Assembly (NCBI GenBank): GCA_964016885.1
Contig: OZ024751.1
Coordinates: forward strand, 47,120,001-47,184,000
From: Eledone cirrhosa
Taxonomy: Eukaryota
Length of the DNA: 64,000 bases
Reading direction: 5' to 3'
The translations under genes were made by a program, and so were the position numbers. The notes under the pieces are model-generated. The model made no database searches and had not been told where the DNA came from. It worked only from the letters and a program-made list of their open reading frames with translations. Positions 53,862-64,000 of this stretch are shown here, piece by piece; position 1 is the stretch's first letter, and every line of letters begins with the position of its first letter.

Positions 53862-54012
53862 AAACGGTGTAATAGCAAAATCGTTAGATCGTTGGAACAA
53901 TTCCTGCAGTATTTAGATACAACCCTTTATGTTCAAATTCCGCCGAGGTCAATTTTTAAAAAAATTATTTCTTACATAAATGAAAATAATGTTTAAGTAC
54001 CGGCGTCGACTT
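53862..54012 (+). mobile_element. Degenerate copy of the same SINE family
   Basis: AATCGTTAG head remnant and GTTCAAATTCCGCCGAGGTCAA. Confidence 0.6.
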
Positions 54013-55257
54013 AATGTTCCTATAATGTGTTAATTTGGAATGTATGTAATATTTTAATGTGTTGTATTTGTGAGCTTCCAAGCAATAATAAATTGTATTT
54101 GTTATATGTGTTTATATTTTCACTCAAGAATTGTGAACAATTCGTAATGCTATTTATGTATATATTTAAACCAAATAAATTTCTTATTAGACATTCAAAT
54201 ATATGTAATGATACGCAATTTGCTTTGACTTCTTAGTTTACTTCCGCCACTGTTAGTTTTCTTTTTCTTTTCTTCCGTATTTTACCAGTCTCAAATAAGA
54301 TATAACCCCTTATAATGCAATTCTCCGTCAATAGCATTATAAGACTTCACAGAACATATGTATACACGTAAACATATACATAGTCATAGGTACACATGCT
54401 CACACACTGTTATAACTTCCATCACACAATATACTCTTTCTCTAGTCGCTCCTCTCAATCTCTCTCTGTAAACATTTATGATTCGTTCTACACACATAAC
54501 TAACTCTCACCATCTCAAAACTACACATCTCTCTCTCTCTCTGTTTAAATTATCTCCTCTATCTCTACTATCTTCCACCATCATCTCTCACATACAATTT
54601 CCTTCTCTCTCCCTCTCATTGTCTGTCTGTCATAACAGCCACTCTCTATATAATAATACATTTATCATTCTCATCTACCTCCCATCATCTTACAAAGAAA
54701 AAATGTACAATCTTTTATCATCTCTCTCTCCTTTTTCTCTCTTGTTCTTTCTCTTCCTCTCTTCCTCTCTCTCTTTATATCACCCTTTATGAATAACTAA
54801 CTACCTCCCACCACCTCACAAACATTGATCTCTCTTTTAACCATCCTCTTTCTCTATCTATTTATCTATCTGTACTACCTCCCACCACCACATAAACACA
54901 TTGACACTCTCTCTCTCTATTTCTCCCCATCCTTTCATCAATTATAAACGCGACAACGTGCACAATCTCTCCTCTCTCTCACTCTTTTATAGAGATGCCG
55001 GCATAGTGGACAACATAAATATATTTACTTATATATACTTCGTTATTTCTATTATATCAGTGATACTCAGGATGAAATGTAAGTGTACTTTAACTCGTTC
55101 TATTTATTACAAACAACATAGTTCTTACTTGTGGACACCTTGTGTTCATAATATCAAACAGATTGTTCGTTTTTTTCAAATGTTTTTCAAATGTTATTTT
55201 CATCTGTGATTTATCTACATATCTGTCTTCATATGGCAAAAGATCGATCTATGTCTG

Positions 55258-55292
<35 letters not shown>

Positions 55293-55385
55293 GCAGGGGA
55301 AATGTTTTATTGTCATTAGAATGCATACAAATAAACACAATTTATATAAAGCAATCTATGTAGATATGCATATATTTTTGTATAC

Positions 55386-55425
<40 letters not shown>

Positions 55426-55687
55426 TTATATGTATATATCGCCGTTGATTTCAAAATCCATCATATGATATTTACTGGCATCGGATGTGACCGATGATGA
55501 TGATGGATTTTAAAATCCTGACACTCGTAGAGTCTGGCATTCTCACACAGCTACAGAGATAGATACTGTGACATGATCTCAACTCAAAACAATCATAGCG
55601 AGACATATATGTTTAATATACATAAACACATCGTATAAACCTCTATTATAAATCATGCCATGTCTGTGCTACTAATAATCTATATAT

Positions 55688-55811
55688 CTAGCTGTCGGAG
55701 CTCAGCCGTCGGGGCCCTGAATATTTTCATATTACCCACTCTACCACCCCAAGTATCGAGTACTCTGGTGGGTTATGGTCCTCCTAGCATTTTACCACAC
55801 CCTTTCTGATG
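55688..55811 (+). mobile_element. Family X short element, copy 4
   Basis: TATTACCCACTCTACCACCCCAAGTATCGAGTACTCTGGTGGGTTATGGTCC..TTACCACA aligns with copies 1-3; short TA flanks; 14-bp imperfect tandem duplication at its left end. Confidence 0.62.
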
Positions 55812-55957
55812 TATATATATATAACTGTCTGCTACAGGACCAGAACTGTTTCATTCGTATGAAATCATCTGGAATAATAAAGATGCCTATACTCTACTTA
55901 CGTATTGAGTACTTTATTTAACTATGGTTACCCCCCCCCCCCCCCCGACACCACTCG

Positions 55958-56086
<129 letters not shown>

Positions 56087-56930
56087 TGCCTATCTGTCTA
56101 ATTATTTCAGTCTGTCTAACAAGGGTCTATATTTGTTATTTGTATGTCTGTCTTGCTATCTAGCCGCCTGTCTGTCTTGCCCCTGCCAGTTATGTATATA
56201 TGTTATGTCTAATTATCCGTCTCTCCTTTTACATGTGTATTTATGTTTCTATCTCCCTTCACGAAGTTATTTTTATCTATTTGTCCATCTGTCTCTATAT
56301 CCACTCCTCTGTCTATCTATCTGCCTCTCAGTGTATGTCTGTCTGTCTATCTATCTGTCTATATTTATCTCTTTCTCTCTCTCATATATATGTGTGTATG
56401 TGTGTGTTCAGCTGTCCTAACAGTTTTTGTCTCAATATTAAGTCAATTTCGAGATATTGATAGATCCTTCAGTGTCTGTGTAGCTTCGAACTGAGTTGTC
56501 TTAGATTTTTTTTACCCACTTCATCTTCGGAATTGCTCTCTCTATGAAGAATGAAATGTGTCGTGCTTTTCATGTCAGCATCAACTATAAAAACAAATGA
56601 CACTGTTTTGCTAGATATTATCCAAACGATCCAGCTGGTTTTCGTTATAGCTTTATTTATGGGATCCAACAATATTGCATGTCTCTGTGTACATATATAT
56701 AAAGATAGCTCATAAAATAGGGTGAAGACTCTTAAAAAAATGTTGGCATCGGCCGTTATGAGGAATTGAGCCCCTCTGGGAAAAATGGGGTTTAATTCCT
56801 CAAAAGCAGTGGTCATACTTATACCACAACAAGGATAAATACAATTAGGTTGAAGACTAATCTGAACCGTCTCGAATCTATTAGAATCGATAGAATCGAT
56901 ACATATATATATATCACTGTGTGTTTGGCA

Positions 56931-57020
56931 TACGAAGGTCGGTTGAAAGGTTCAGAGGCTGACTAGGATACTTTCATGGAATGACCAAATGAGGTTTATT
57001 TGTCAACGTAGTCCCTGGAA
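56931..57020 (+). mobile_element. Mariner-like transposon terminal fragment
   Basis: TACGAAGGTCGGTTGAAAGGTTC resembles TACGAGGG...AAAAGT mariner TIRs, followed by TTTATTTGTCAACGTAGTCCC as in mariner 5' ends; no partner TIR seen. Confidence 0.55.
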
Positions 57021-57534
57021 AGAAACAACGCAGTTATTAATAAGAATAGTTGAAATTAATGCATGCAAGATTTCACAGCTCTATCATCATTCCTTCACTT
57101 TTCAGCCTACCCTCGTATTTCATAGGTCCTACATACGAACCACTTCTAATCCTGAAACTTTTGTCATTCATTTAAGATGTTGGGTGGATGGGGAGATTTA
57201 TCTGGCTGTTGTTTCTGACAGGTCAAGCAATCATGTAGGGGGAGGATTCCTTCTTTTAGTGCATTTAACATTTCATGGTCTCTTACACACACATACATAC
57301 ACACATATGTACACACAGATACATACACACACATAATCACCACTACACACCACACATACATATAGACACACACGTCGGTGGATCTTAAATTACAACCCCC
57401 CCCCCCCCAATCTCTCTTTAAATTACAGATCTTCATTTGTCAATGATAACATATATTCCTGCTTATTTATTATTGTTGTTATTGTTGTATTGGCTTGAAT
57501 AACTTATGATATTTAGATTTTGGTAAAGACGGGA

Positions 57535-57830
57535 ACTTTAAACAGTGTAATTGATAGATCACAGATCCAATACTATAGGCATGTGGTTAGCATGTCCCGG
57601 GAAAGAATCGCTGGACAGATCTTACGGGTAAAACCAACCAGCAGGAGACCCAGGAATAGACATCGATCAAGATGTTTAGATAACATCCAGGAGCTTGGCT
57701 GGTCTCGCTTGGAGATCCAGCCGGATCAGTTGGAGAGGGTTGCTTCTGACAGGACCCGATGGAGGCAGTGTTTGAGGACTCTGCCCCCACGACCATTCCA
57801 GGAGTATGTGGACGAAGAAGAAGTGAAGAC
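57535..57830 (+). mobile_element. RTE-clade LINE 3' end fragment
   Basis: IDRSQIQYYRHVVSMSRERIAGQILRVKPTSRRPRNRHRSRCLDNIQELGWSRLEI...ASDRTRWRQCLRTLPPRP matches the RTE C-terminal pattern QLRWxGHVxRM...GRRPRGRPRxRW...AxDRxxW. Confidence 0.85.
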
Positions 57831-59367
57831 ATTTGTAGTTTTAAGTGAGATCATATTATAGATGTTTCAAATAAGACCCTAACCTTATGATTTGAAATGA
57901 GAATTTACGAATTTAATGAGGCAGAAAAACAAATCATCATGTGGTTGTAATATCACACAGTTTAATCTATTTGGCACCGCTCTTAGGCACTTGTTCAATG
58001 TTCACTTGATATTTTTCTACTTAGACATTTCAAAAAGAAAAAATTACATCTTAACTATTAAAAGATTAGATTGTTCCAATGGCTCTTGCGTCGATTTACG
58101 CACTTAGTATTAAATTGACGTTTTTTGGTTTTTGTGTTTCTTCGTTTTAATTGTATTTTTTATTTATTTATTTATTTTTTATAAGGTTCATCGCAATAAT
58201 GAATTAATTATATATATATATAAATTAGATGCTGCACTGTGCATAAAAATTCTTTCGTGCAAAGAAATATTTTAGAAGCTGCACATTCTCTCAGATAGAA
58301 AACAATCTATTACGATTGTGATTTAAAAAGAACAGGAGTTTCGTTTCGTTTCATTTCGTTTCGTTTGTTTATAAATATCTTAATCTCTAAATAATAAGGT
58401 TTTCCCTACTACATGCGAAGAAGATACATCGTGTATCATTGACAAATTAAATCAAGTAAGTTTAAATTTTGTTTACGTAATATGAGCTCACTATGAAATT
58501 GCTATTTCCATTTTGAAGTCCAAATATTGTTGTCATATTCTGCGATGGCGACTATTATTCCAGGGAAGGGAGGAAGGGCGGGGAGGCTTTTGGAAGAATT
58601 ACATAAGTTGGTTTGCTAGAATTCAATATTTGGGTGCTCTTGCTCTTTGTTTCATAGTGAAGATAAACAGTAACACAAATGGTGAACACTGGCCCTGAAA
58701 ACAGATTCGTAAGAAGGCTGTGTGTCAGAGATATAATCGAGATAGTAAATAAATCATTTCATTATGGAAACGTAAACAAAACAAAAAGAACAAAAAAAAA
58801 CACCCACCCACACAACAAATACTTCAGTTCTTTAAATACTTATATGATGTAAATATGAAGATGAAATTAAAATAAACATATTTCAATAACCGAACGTGAA
58901 AATTAGATTTAAGAATCACCACTACCATTATCATCGTTATTTTTTCATGTTGCATAGGGTGGAAATTAAAATAGTTATATTTTACTTCTTTAAATACTTT
59001 AATTATATTCACTGTCTATCTTAACTACTCCTGGTTGGTTTCTAGTTCTAAGGGTTAATTATCCCTCTATATCTTGTTTTTACATAAACATAATTGAGCA
59101 GAATCTAATAAAAACAAAACACACTATTAAAGGGAATGAAAATATAAGGATAAAAAAAGGGATCAAGCAAGAGAGAGAGAGAGGGGACAGATACTACACC
59201 ACCCTAGTCTGAGCTGTGTCTCAGTTGTGACCCATGGAAAATGACAGAGCCGTCACCACAGAGAATGACACCTGCTGCAACATCCACCCCACCTCAACAT
59301 GCTCCCTCTAAATTTCACCCCCACAAGAACTAAACGACTGTTTGCATGAAATTAGTGTTTTAAACTT

Positions 59368-59455
59368 TACAGTCACTTTACCATAATTGTTTCTACGTTA
59401 GGCACAAGGCCAGCAATAACCCAATGCATTACTGGTACAGTCACTTTACCATAAT
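59368..59455 (-). mobile_element. 48-bp SINE 3' end with a perfect 20-bp target-site duplication
   Basis: TACAGTCACTTTACCATAAT at 59368-59387 and 59436-59455; the insert's reverse complement matches the SINE end at ~52120-52172. Confidence 0.85.
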
Positions 59456-60624
59456 GTTGTTTAATAATAATGTTTTGACCATGATGGAAATCAAACTCCT
59501 GTCTTATTTCTTCAATTTCCCTATCAGTTTCCTTCATGTTGTCAGCTCCAAAAGTGTTTTGTCTCCTAAAACCTGAGAGGTACAGAATTCGATTTTCTGT
59601 AGCAGCTCTATGCCACTTTTTTCTCTCTATAGGGCAGACATGTCAACTCTCCCGATAAGAGGAGATCTCCCACTCACTATGAGGTGGATGAGACATGTCT
59701 TCTCTTGTGAAAATGGGTATAGCTTTCATTATGTAAAATCTCTCCGTTTTGAGGGTACTTTTTTTCTTGGTACTCCCTGTTGGAGTTTTTAGAGTTTGGC
59801 AGGTCTGATAGGGGTATTTTACCTGATTTTCTAAGCTATTATTTATAGCAGTCGACTGTGTTTTAGATTTTCTACATTTTCTAAAAATAAATAGGTTTTG
59901 GTTTTTTTTCACTCATGTCACTCTCGTTCATATATTGAGAAAATTGAAAAAAAAATTGACAAATGTTTCCCACAATATTCACCCTTTTTTGTTGATAAAA
60001 TTTGAATAGATTTATTATTTTCTTTGATTTTAATAATTGCTAAGATTTTGGCAGCATTTTTATTTTATTTTTTTAATCATGGATGAATTTACACAAAAAC
60101 TATTTTCGTGGGGTGAAATTTTCTTGTGGCAGGAATTTTTATGTGGTGAAATAAAAATTTTGGGGATGGAATTTACATGGAAACTCTAATTCTATATATT
60201 TTATATTTCAGATAAAGTCATCATGACTATTGGCTACATGTTCTAATACCAAATCTAGAGAACTGTTCTGCTACATGTGGTTTATAACTGGACATCATGT
60301 GAACCTGTCCAGAAATCTTATGTGAAGAAGTGTGGTTACTACACACCTGTTATTTGAGCCAACAAAGGAATCTTTACATGAAATACCAGCTAAATCACTA
60401 TCAAAACATGACCTAACATCTTTTAAAAAAAGGGCAGGATACGTTGAATAATGTAGTTTATTGTATATAAAAAGGATAATATGGTTGTGACTGGAATGTC
60501 TTTGATGAGATGTCTCCTTCTCAATCAGACCTGACATACAGCTAGACAAGAACAACAGTAGCAAATAAAACAACAACCCTTACTACAGAAGTTGAGGAGT
60601 GGAAGGGGTCGAGTCAGAGTTCCT

Positions 60625-61248
60625 ATGGCATCTCTGGGTCGACCCCTCGCAACTGCACTCGGATGCAGGTTCACACGTCGCATGCGATGTTATGTTTTCG
60701 GTTTCTGCATAAATATCTTCCTAGTGTGCAACATACTTGTTCACCAGACGTGGACCAAGTGGAGCAATGCCCTCATTGACGAGCCCGGTGGGTGGTCACA
60801 GACCTCTGGCAAGGACTCCACACAGAAAACACGGCAGGACAATGAGTATCGCGTGCTGGTCAGTCGGTTCCGGAAACTGATGGAGAATGCTGTGGAATCC
60901 AGCAATTTCTCATCGAGTGAGAATGATGAATCGCTGGAGTTGATCAGTAATGCTCAGAATGGAACCCTACGCTACAAGGACCGGCGTAGCAAGCAACTCT
61001 TTAACTGCCGAGATATTGAAAACATATCGGACAAGCGCTACATTGGGTCGGGCTGGACAAAGGCTGTATACAGTGGAGTAATAGCGTCCAAGAGAGTTGC
61101 AATGAAAACTGTTGACATTGGGGGCCAGGATGTTACCAATTGTGTGAAATGGGGTCAAACCCTCGCAGAGTGTTATTACAGAGCTGCACAGAAAATTGTC
61201 AAAGAAATTGTCCTGCTGCAGGAATTAGAACACCAGAATCTTGTTAAG
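60625..61248 (+). CDS. PKDCC: PKDCC/VLK-like extracellular tyrosine kinase, first coding exon (signal anchor plus kinase N-lobe)
   Basis: ATG at 60625, hydrophobic YVFGFCINIFLVCNILV, then YIGSGWTKAVY, VAMKTVD.GQDV..C, CYYRAAQKIVKEIVLLQELEHQNLVK, paralleling PKDCC YMGSGYTKAVY/VALKAVD/KLLKEMVLLERLRHPN; phase-0 donor AAG|GTAATC. Start codon could be a downstream Met. Confidence 0.88.
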
Positions 61249-61304
61249 GTAATCAAAACTAGTTGTTGTTACTAACATTTTAATTTCTCATGTGTGGTAG
61301 ATTG

Positions 61305-61874
61305 ACTCTGTAAAATGGTAGTGCTGGTGTCACAATAAAATGCACCCAGCCCACATTGTAAAGTGGTAGTGCTGGTGCCACAATAAAATGCACCCAGCCC
61401 ACATTGTAAAGTGGTAGTGCTGGTGCCACAATAAAATGCACCCAGCCCACATTGTAAAGTGGTAGTGTTGGTGCCACAATAAAATGCACCCAACCCATCT
61501 TGTAAAATGATAGAGTTGGTGCCACAATAAAATCCACCCAGCCCACATTGTAAAATGGTAGTGTTGGTGCCTCAATAAAATGCACCCAGCCCACATTGTA
61601 AAATGGTAGTGCTGGTGCCACAATAAAATGCACCCAGCCCACATTGTAAAGTGGTAGTGCTGGTGCCACAATAAAATGCACCCAACCCATCTTGTAAAAT
61701 GATAGAGTTGGTGCCACAATAAAATCCACCCAGCCCACATTGTAAAATGGTAGTGTTGGTGCCTCAATAAAATGCACCCAGCCCACATTGTAAAATGGTA
61801 GAGCTGGTGCTACAATATAATACACCCAGCCTACTTTGTAATGTGGTAGAGCTGGTGCCACAATAAAATGCACC
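61305..61874. repeat. Intronic 48-bp minisatellite, ~12 copies
   Basis: Unit GTAAAATGGTAGTGCTGGTGCCACAATAAAATGCACCCAGCCCACATT; variant CAACCCATCT recurs at 61491 and 61683 (192 bp = 4 units). Confidence 0.95.
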
Positions 61875-61894
61875 TTGTCCACCCAGTAAACACA

Positions 61895-62074
61895 TTACAG
61901 AGTGCACTGAGTGCTTTTTATCATGGCACCAGCACTGGAGAGGTTGTCATATCTTTGATAAAACTGAAGAATCCTTCCAACTCTTTGCTTGGCAAGTTCT
62001 CTATGACTGGATGCCCTTGCTATCACCAACCACTTTACAGAGTGTACTGGGTGTATTTCTATCATAGCACCAAC
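61895..62074 (-). mobile_element. Two fragments of a SINE-like repeat with a Meta-domain-like motif
   Basis: Minus strand CACCCAGTACACTCTGTAAAGTGGTTGGTGATAGCAAGGGCATCCAG resembles GGTTGG...AGGAAGGGCATCC; shorter copy at 61895-61936. Confidence 0.55.
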
Positions 62075-62407
62075 GCTAGAGAGGTGGTCATTCCCTTGAC
62101 ACAACCGAAGATTCCTCTTGAAGATTTGTTTGGCATGAAAATTGTAATCTTTGTCTATTCAAATCTAATGCCTTCTCATTCCTGTTAGATGAACCTTTCC
62201 CTGGTTGACTTCCATTGTTTCATATCTCTGACCATGTAGGACCGATATATTGAGTCAAATTGTTACACTATCTTGCCTTTGGTCACCCTCTAGTTCTTCT
62301 CCACTGTCTTGGTGTCCAAGAATATCCCCAAATATTCACTTGATTTCAGTATTTTCCTCCACTTATTTGCAAGAGCAGTATGTTGAAGTATTGTAGTTTC
62401 CTTCCAG

Positions 62408-62539
62408 GTACTGGGTTACTGTATACCTGAAGAACAGTACAATGGAGATGACGTTACCCTAGTGTCTTTAATTACTGAGCTGGGTGACACCATAGATCTA
62501 ATAAAATTACTTCCAATGAGCTGGGAAGAAAGACTGCGA
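62408..62539 (+). CDS. PKDCC: PKDCC/VLK-like kinase, second coding exon (gene continues beyond the window)
   Basis: Acceptor TTTCCTTCCAG|, 132 nt encoding VLGYCIPEEQYNGDDVTLVSLITELGDTIDLIKLLPMSWEERLR (compare LYGYC...ITELG...LLQTSWEDRFR), donor |GTAAGT, phase 0. Absent from the ORF track. Confidence 0.9.
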
Positions 62540-62615
62540 GTAAGTATATACTATCTACATACACACCTATCTACCTATATACGGACATTTAAATTGATTA
62601 AATAAATAAATAATA

Positions 62616-62803
62616 CACTCTATTTCCCAGCGTCGAAGACGCTACTTTTTTCCTAAAATAAGTCTAAAAAATCTACCATGATTCCTGGAGGCCGAAGGTT
62701 GTTTATTATTTTTTTCCAAATTTTTGGTTGTCAAAATTAGGGTGCATCCTTGGGGACAAAGCGCCTCAAGGACAAAGCATCTTCGGTGCCGGGAAATACG
62801 GTG
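62616..62803. mobile_element. Intronic Tc1/mariner-superfamily (Tc2-like) MITE
   Basis: Imperfect TIRs CACTCTATTTCCCAGCGTCGAAGACGC and GCATCTTCGGTGCCGGGAAATACGGTG, with TA on both sides. Confidence 0.7.
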
Positions 62804-63062
62804 TATATGAGCTTCTGTGTGTATGCAAATGGCAAACAGAAATAACAAAGCAAACAACTCATTGCAATGAAGAAATATATTAGTTTTACGCTTATATATA
62901 TAATGGGAAAGCCTATAGATAGAGTGACTCCAGCTACTAGATATAGCAGCCAAATCTTCCTCAAATAATATTTACAGATTTTAGGTGTTATGTATGTATG
63001 GGTGTGTGCACATGTGTGTGAAAATTAGAATAATTTGAGTATGAGAGTGCAGGAAATGAAGA

Positions 63063-63065
<3 letters not shown>

Positions 63066-63104
<39 letters not shown>

Positions 63105-63900
63105 TATGTGTGAAATCCCTCAACGCCCCATGTGGTGGTGTCTAAGTATAATTTGATGTGTCTGGAAAGATTGTGTGGGTGTACAGTTATGTGTGTGTTA
63201 ATGTGTATGTGTATTAGTGTGTGTGTATGTGAGCATGGCTGACATCTTGAGTTAGATGAGATAAGATGGAGCTTGCTTGTTTTATGTGTAGTTATGGGTG
63301 GTGGTAGTGGGGGGGGGGATATTAGTAATGGTGGTCGTGGTGGTAGTGATGGTGATGATGGTGGTGATAGTGGTGGTGGTGTTGGGGGTCGAGGACATTA
63401 GTAATGGTGAAGGTGGTGGTGGTGATGGTGATGTTGGTGGTGGGATCAGTTATTTTTTTTATTTTTGACATGTGATAGGAGGTGGGGGGGGGGGTCCAGT
63501 GAGGTGGTGGTGGTGATGGGGGGTGTTAAACATTTGTGACATGGTTGGTTTTGTCAGGATGATGAGTGTGAAATAATTGAAGAGGTAGGAGGAGAGGTGT
63601 GGGGGTGGGGTAGGAGGTTAGAGTCTATAGTCTGTGTTATTAGTGGGGGGGGGGGATGAGAGGAAGGCTGTTGTGGTTTGGTGGTGGTGTTATTGTTATT
63701 GTTGGAGGTGGTGGTGGTGTGTCAAGTGTTTACACAAATAGGAAGTAATTTCACACACACACACACACACACACATCATCATCATCATTACCATCATCAT
63801 CATTATCATCATCACCATCATCATCACCACCATCATCATCATCATTATTCATCATCATCATCATCATCATCATAATTCTCACCATTACCATCATCATTAT
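63066..63900. repeat. Intronic (GT)n, (GGT)n, (CA)n and (CAT)n microsatellites
   Basis: Visible runs. Confidence 0.85.
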
Positions 63901-64000
63901 TGTTTTAGGGGTGCTTTCTATAATGGCATGCACCTACCCCCCCCCCGCCCTCGAATCTCCAAATTTTGTGGGTGGAGGTGTGTGTTGGGGGAAGGGCAGT

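Noticed and set aside
58560-58720. GC box GGGCGGGG (58576-58583) and a GTAAGA donor as a possible PKDCC promoter and first exon
   Set aside because: Short motifs alone are insufficient without transcript data.
61272-61882. Three overlapping minus-strand repeat-protein ORFs
   Set aside because: Translations of the 48-bp intronic minisatellite.

Overview
Repeat-dominated animal genomic DNA, most likely a cephalopod such as octopus (inferred from the SINE types and the very high microsatellite load). Almost all ORFs in the supplied track are artefacts of low-complexity sequence. Real content: (1) a ~25 kb GT-rich (GNT)n array (1.4-26.7 kb) with kb-scale internal duplications; (2) a (TA)n-rich zone (28.2-35.7 kb) holding a young, 5'-truncated Naiad-type Penelope-like retroelement (RT C-terminus plus GIY-YIG) with a 333-bp inverted pseudo-LTR carrying a hammerhead ribozyme, a second solo hammerhead foldback, and several short remnants that start at hammerhead-like junctions; (3) a ~15 kb 41-bp satellite that starts exactly at the edge of one of those remnants; (4) scattered SINE, RTE-LINE and Tc1/mariner relics, two of which appear to have seeded minisatellites; (5) the first two coding exons of a PKDCC/VLK secretory-pathway tyrosine kinase gene. 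The best candidate for an undescribed system is the TA-targeted, hammerhead-bearing Penelope remnant cluster and its apparent link to satellite birth. All alignments and RNA folds were done by eye.
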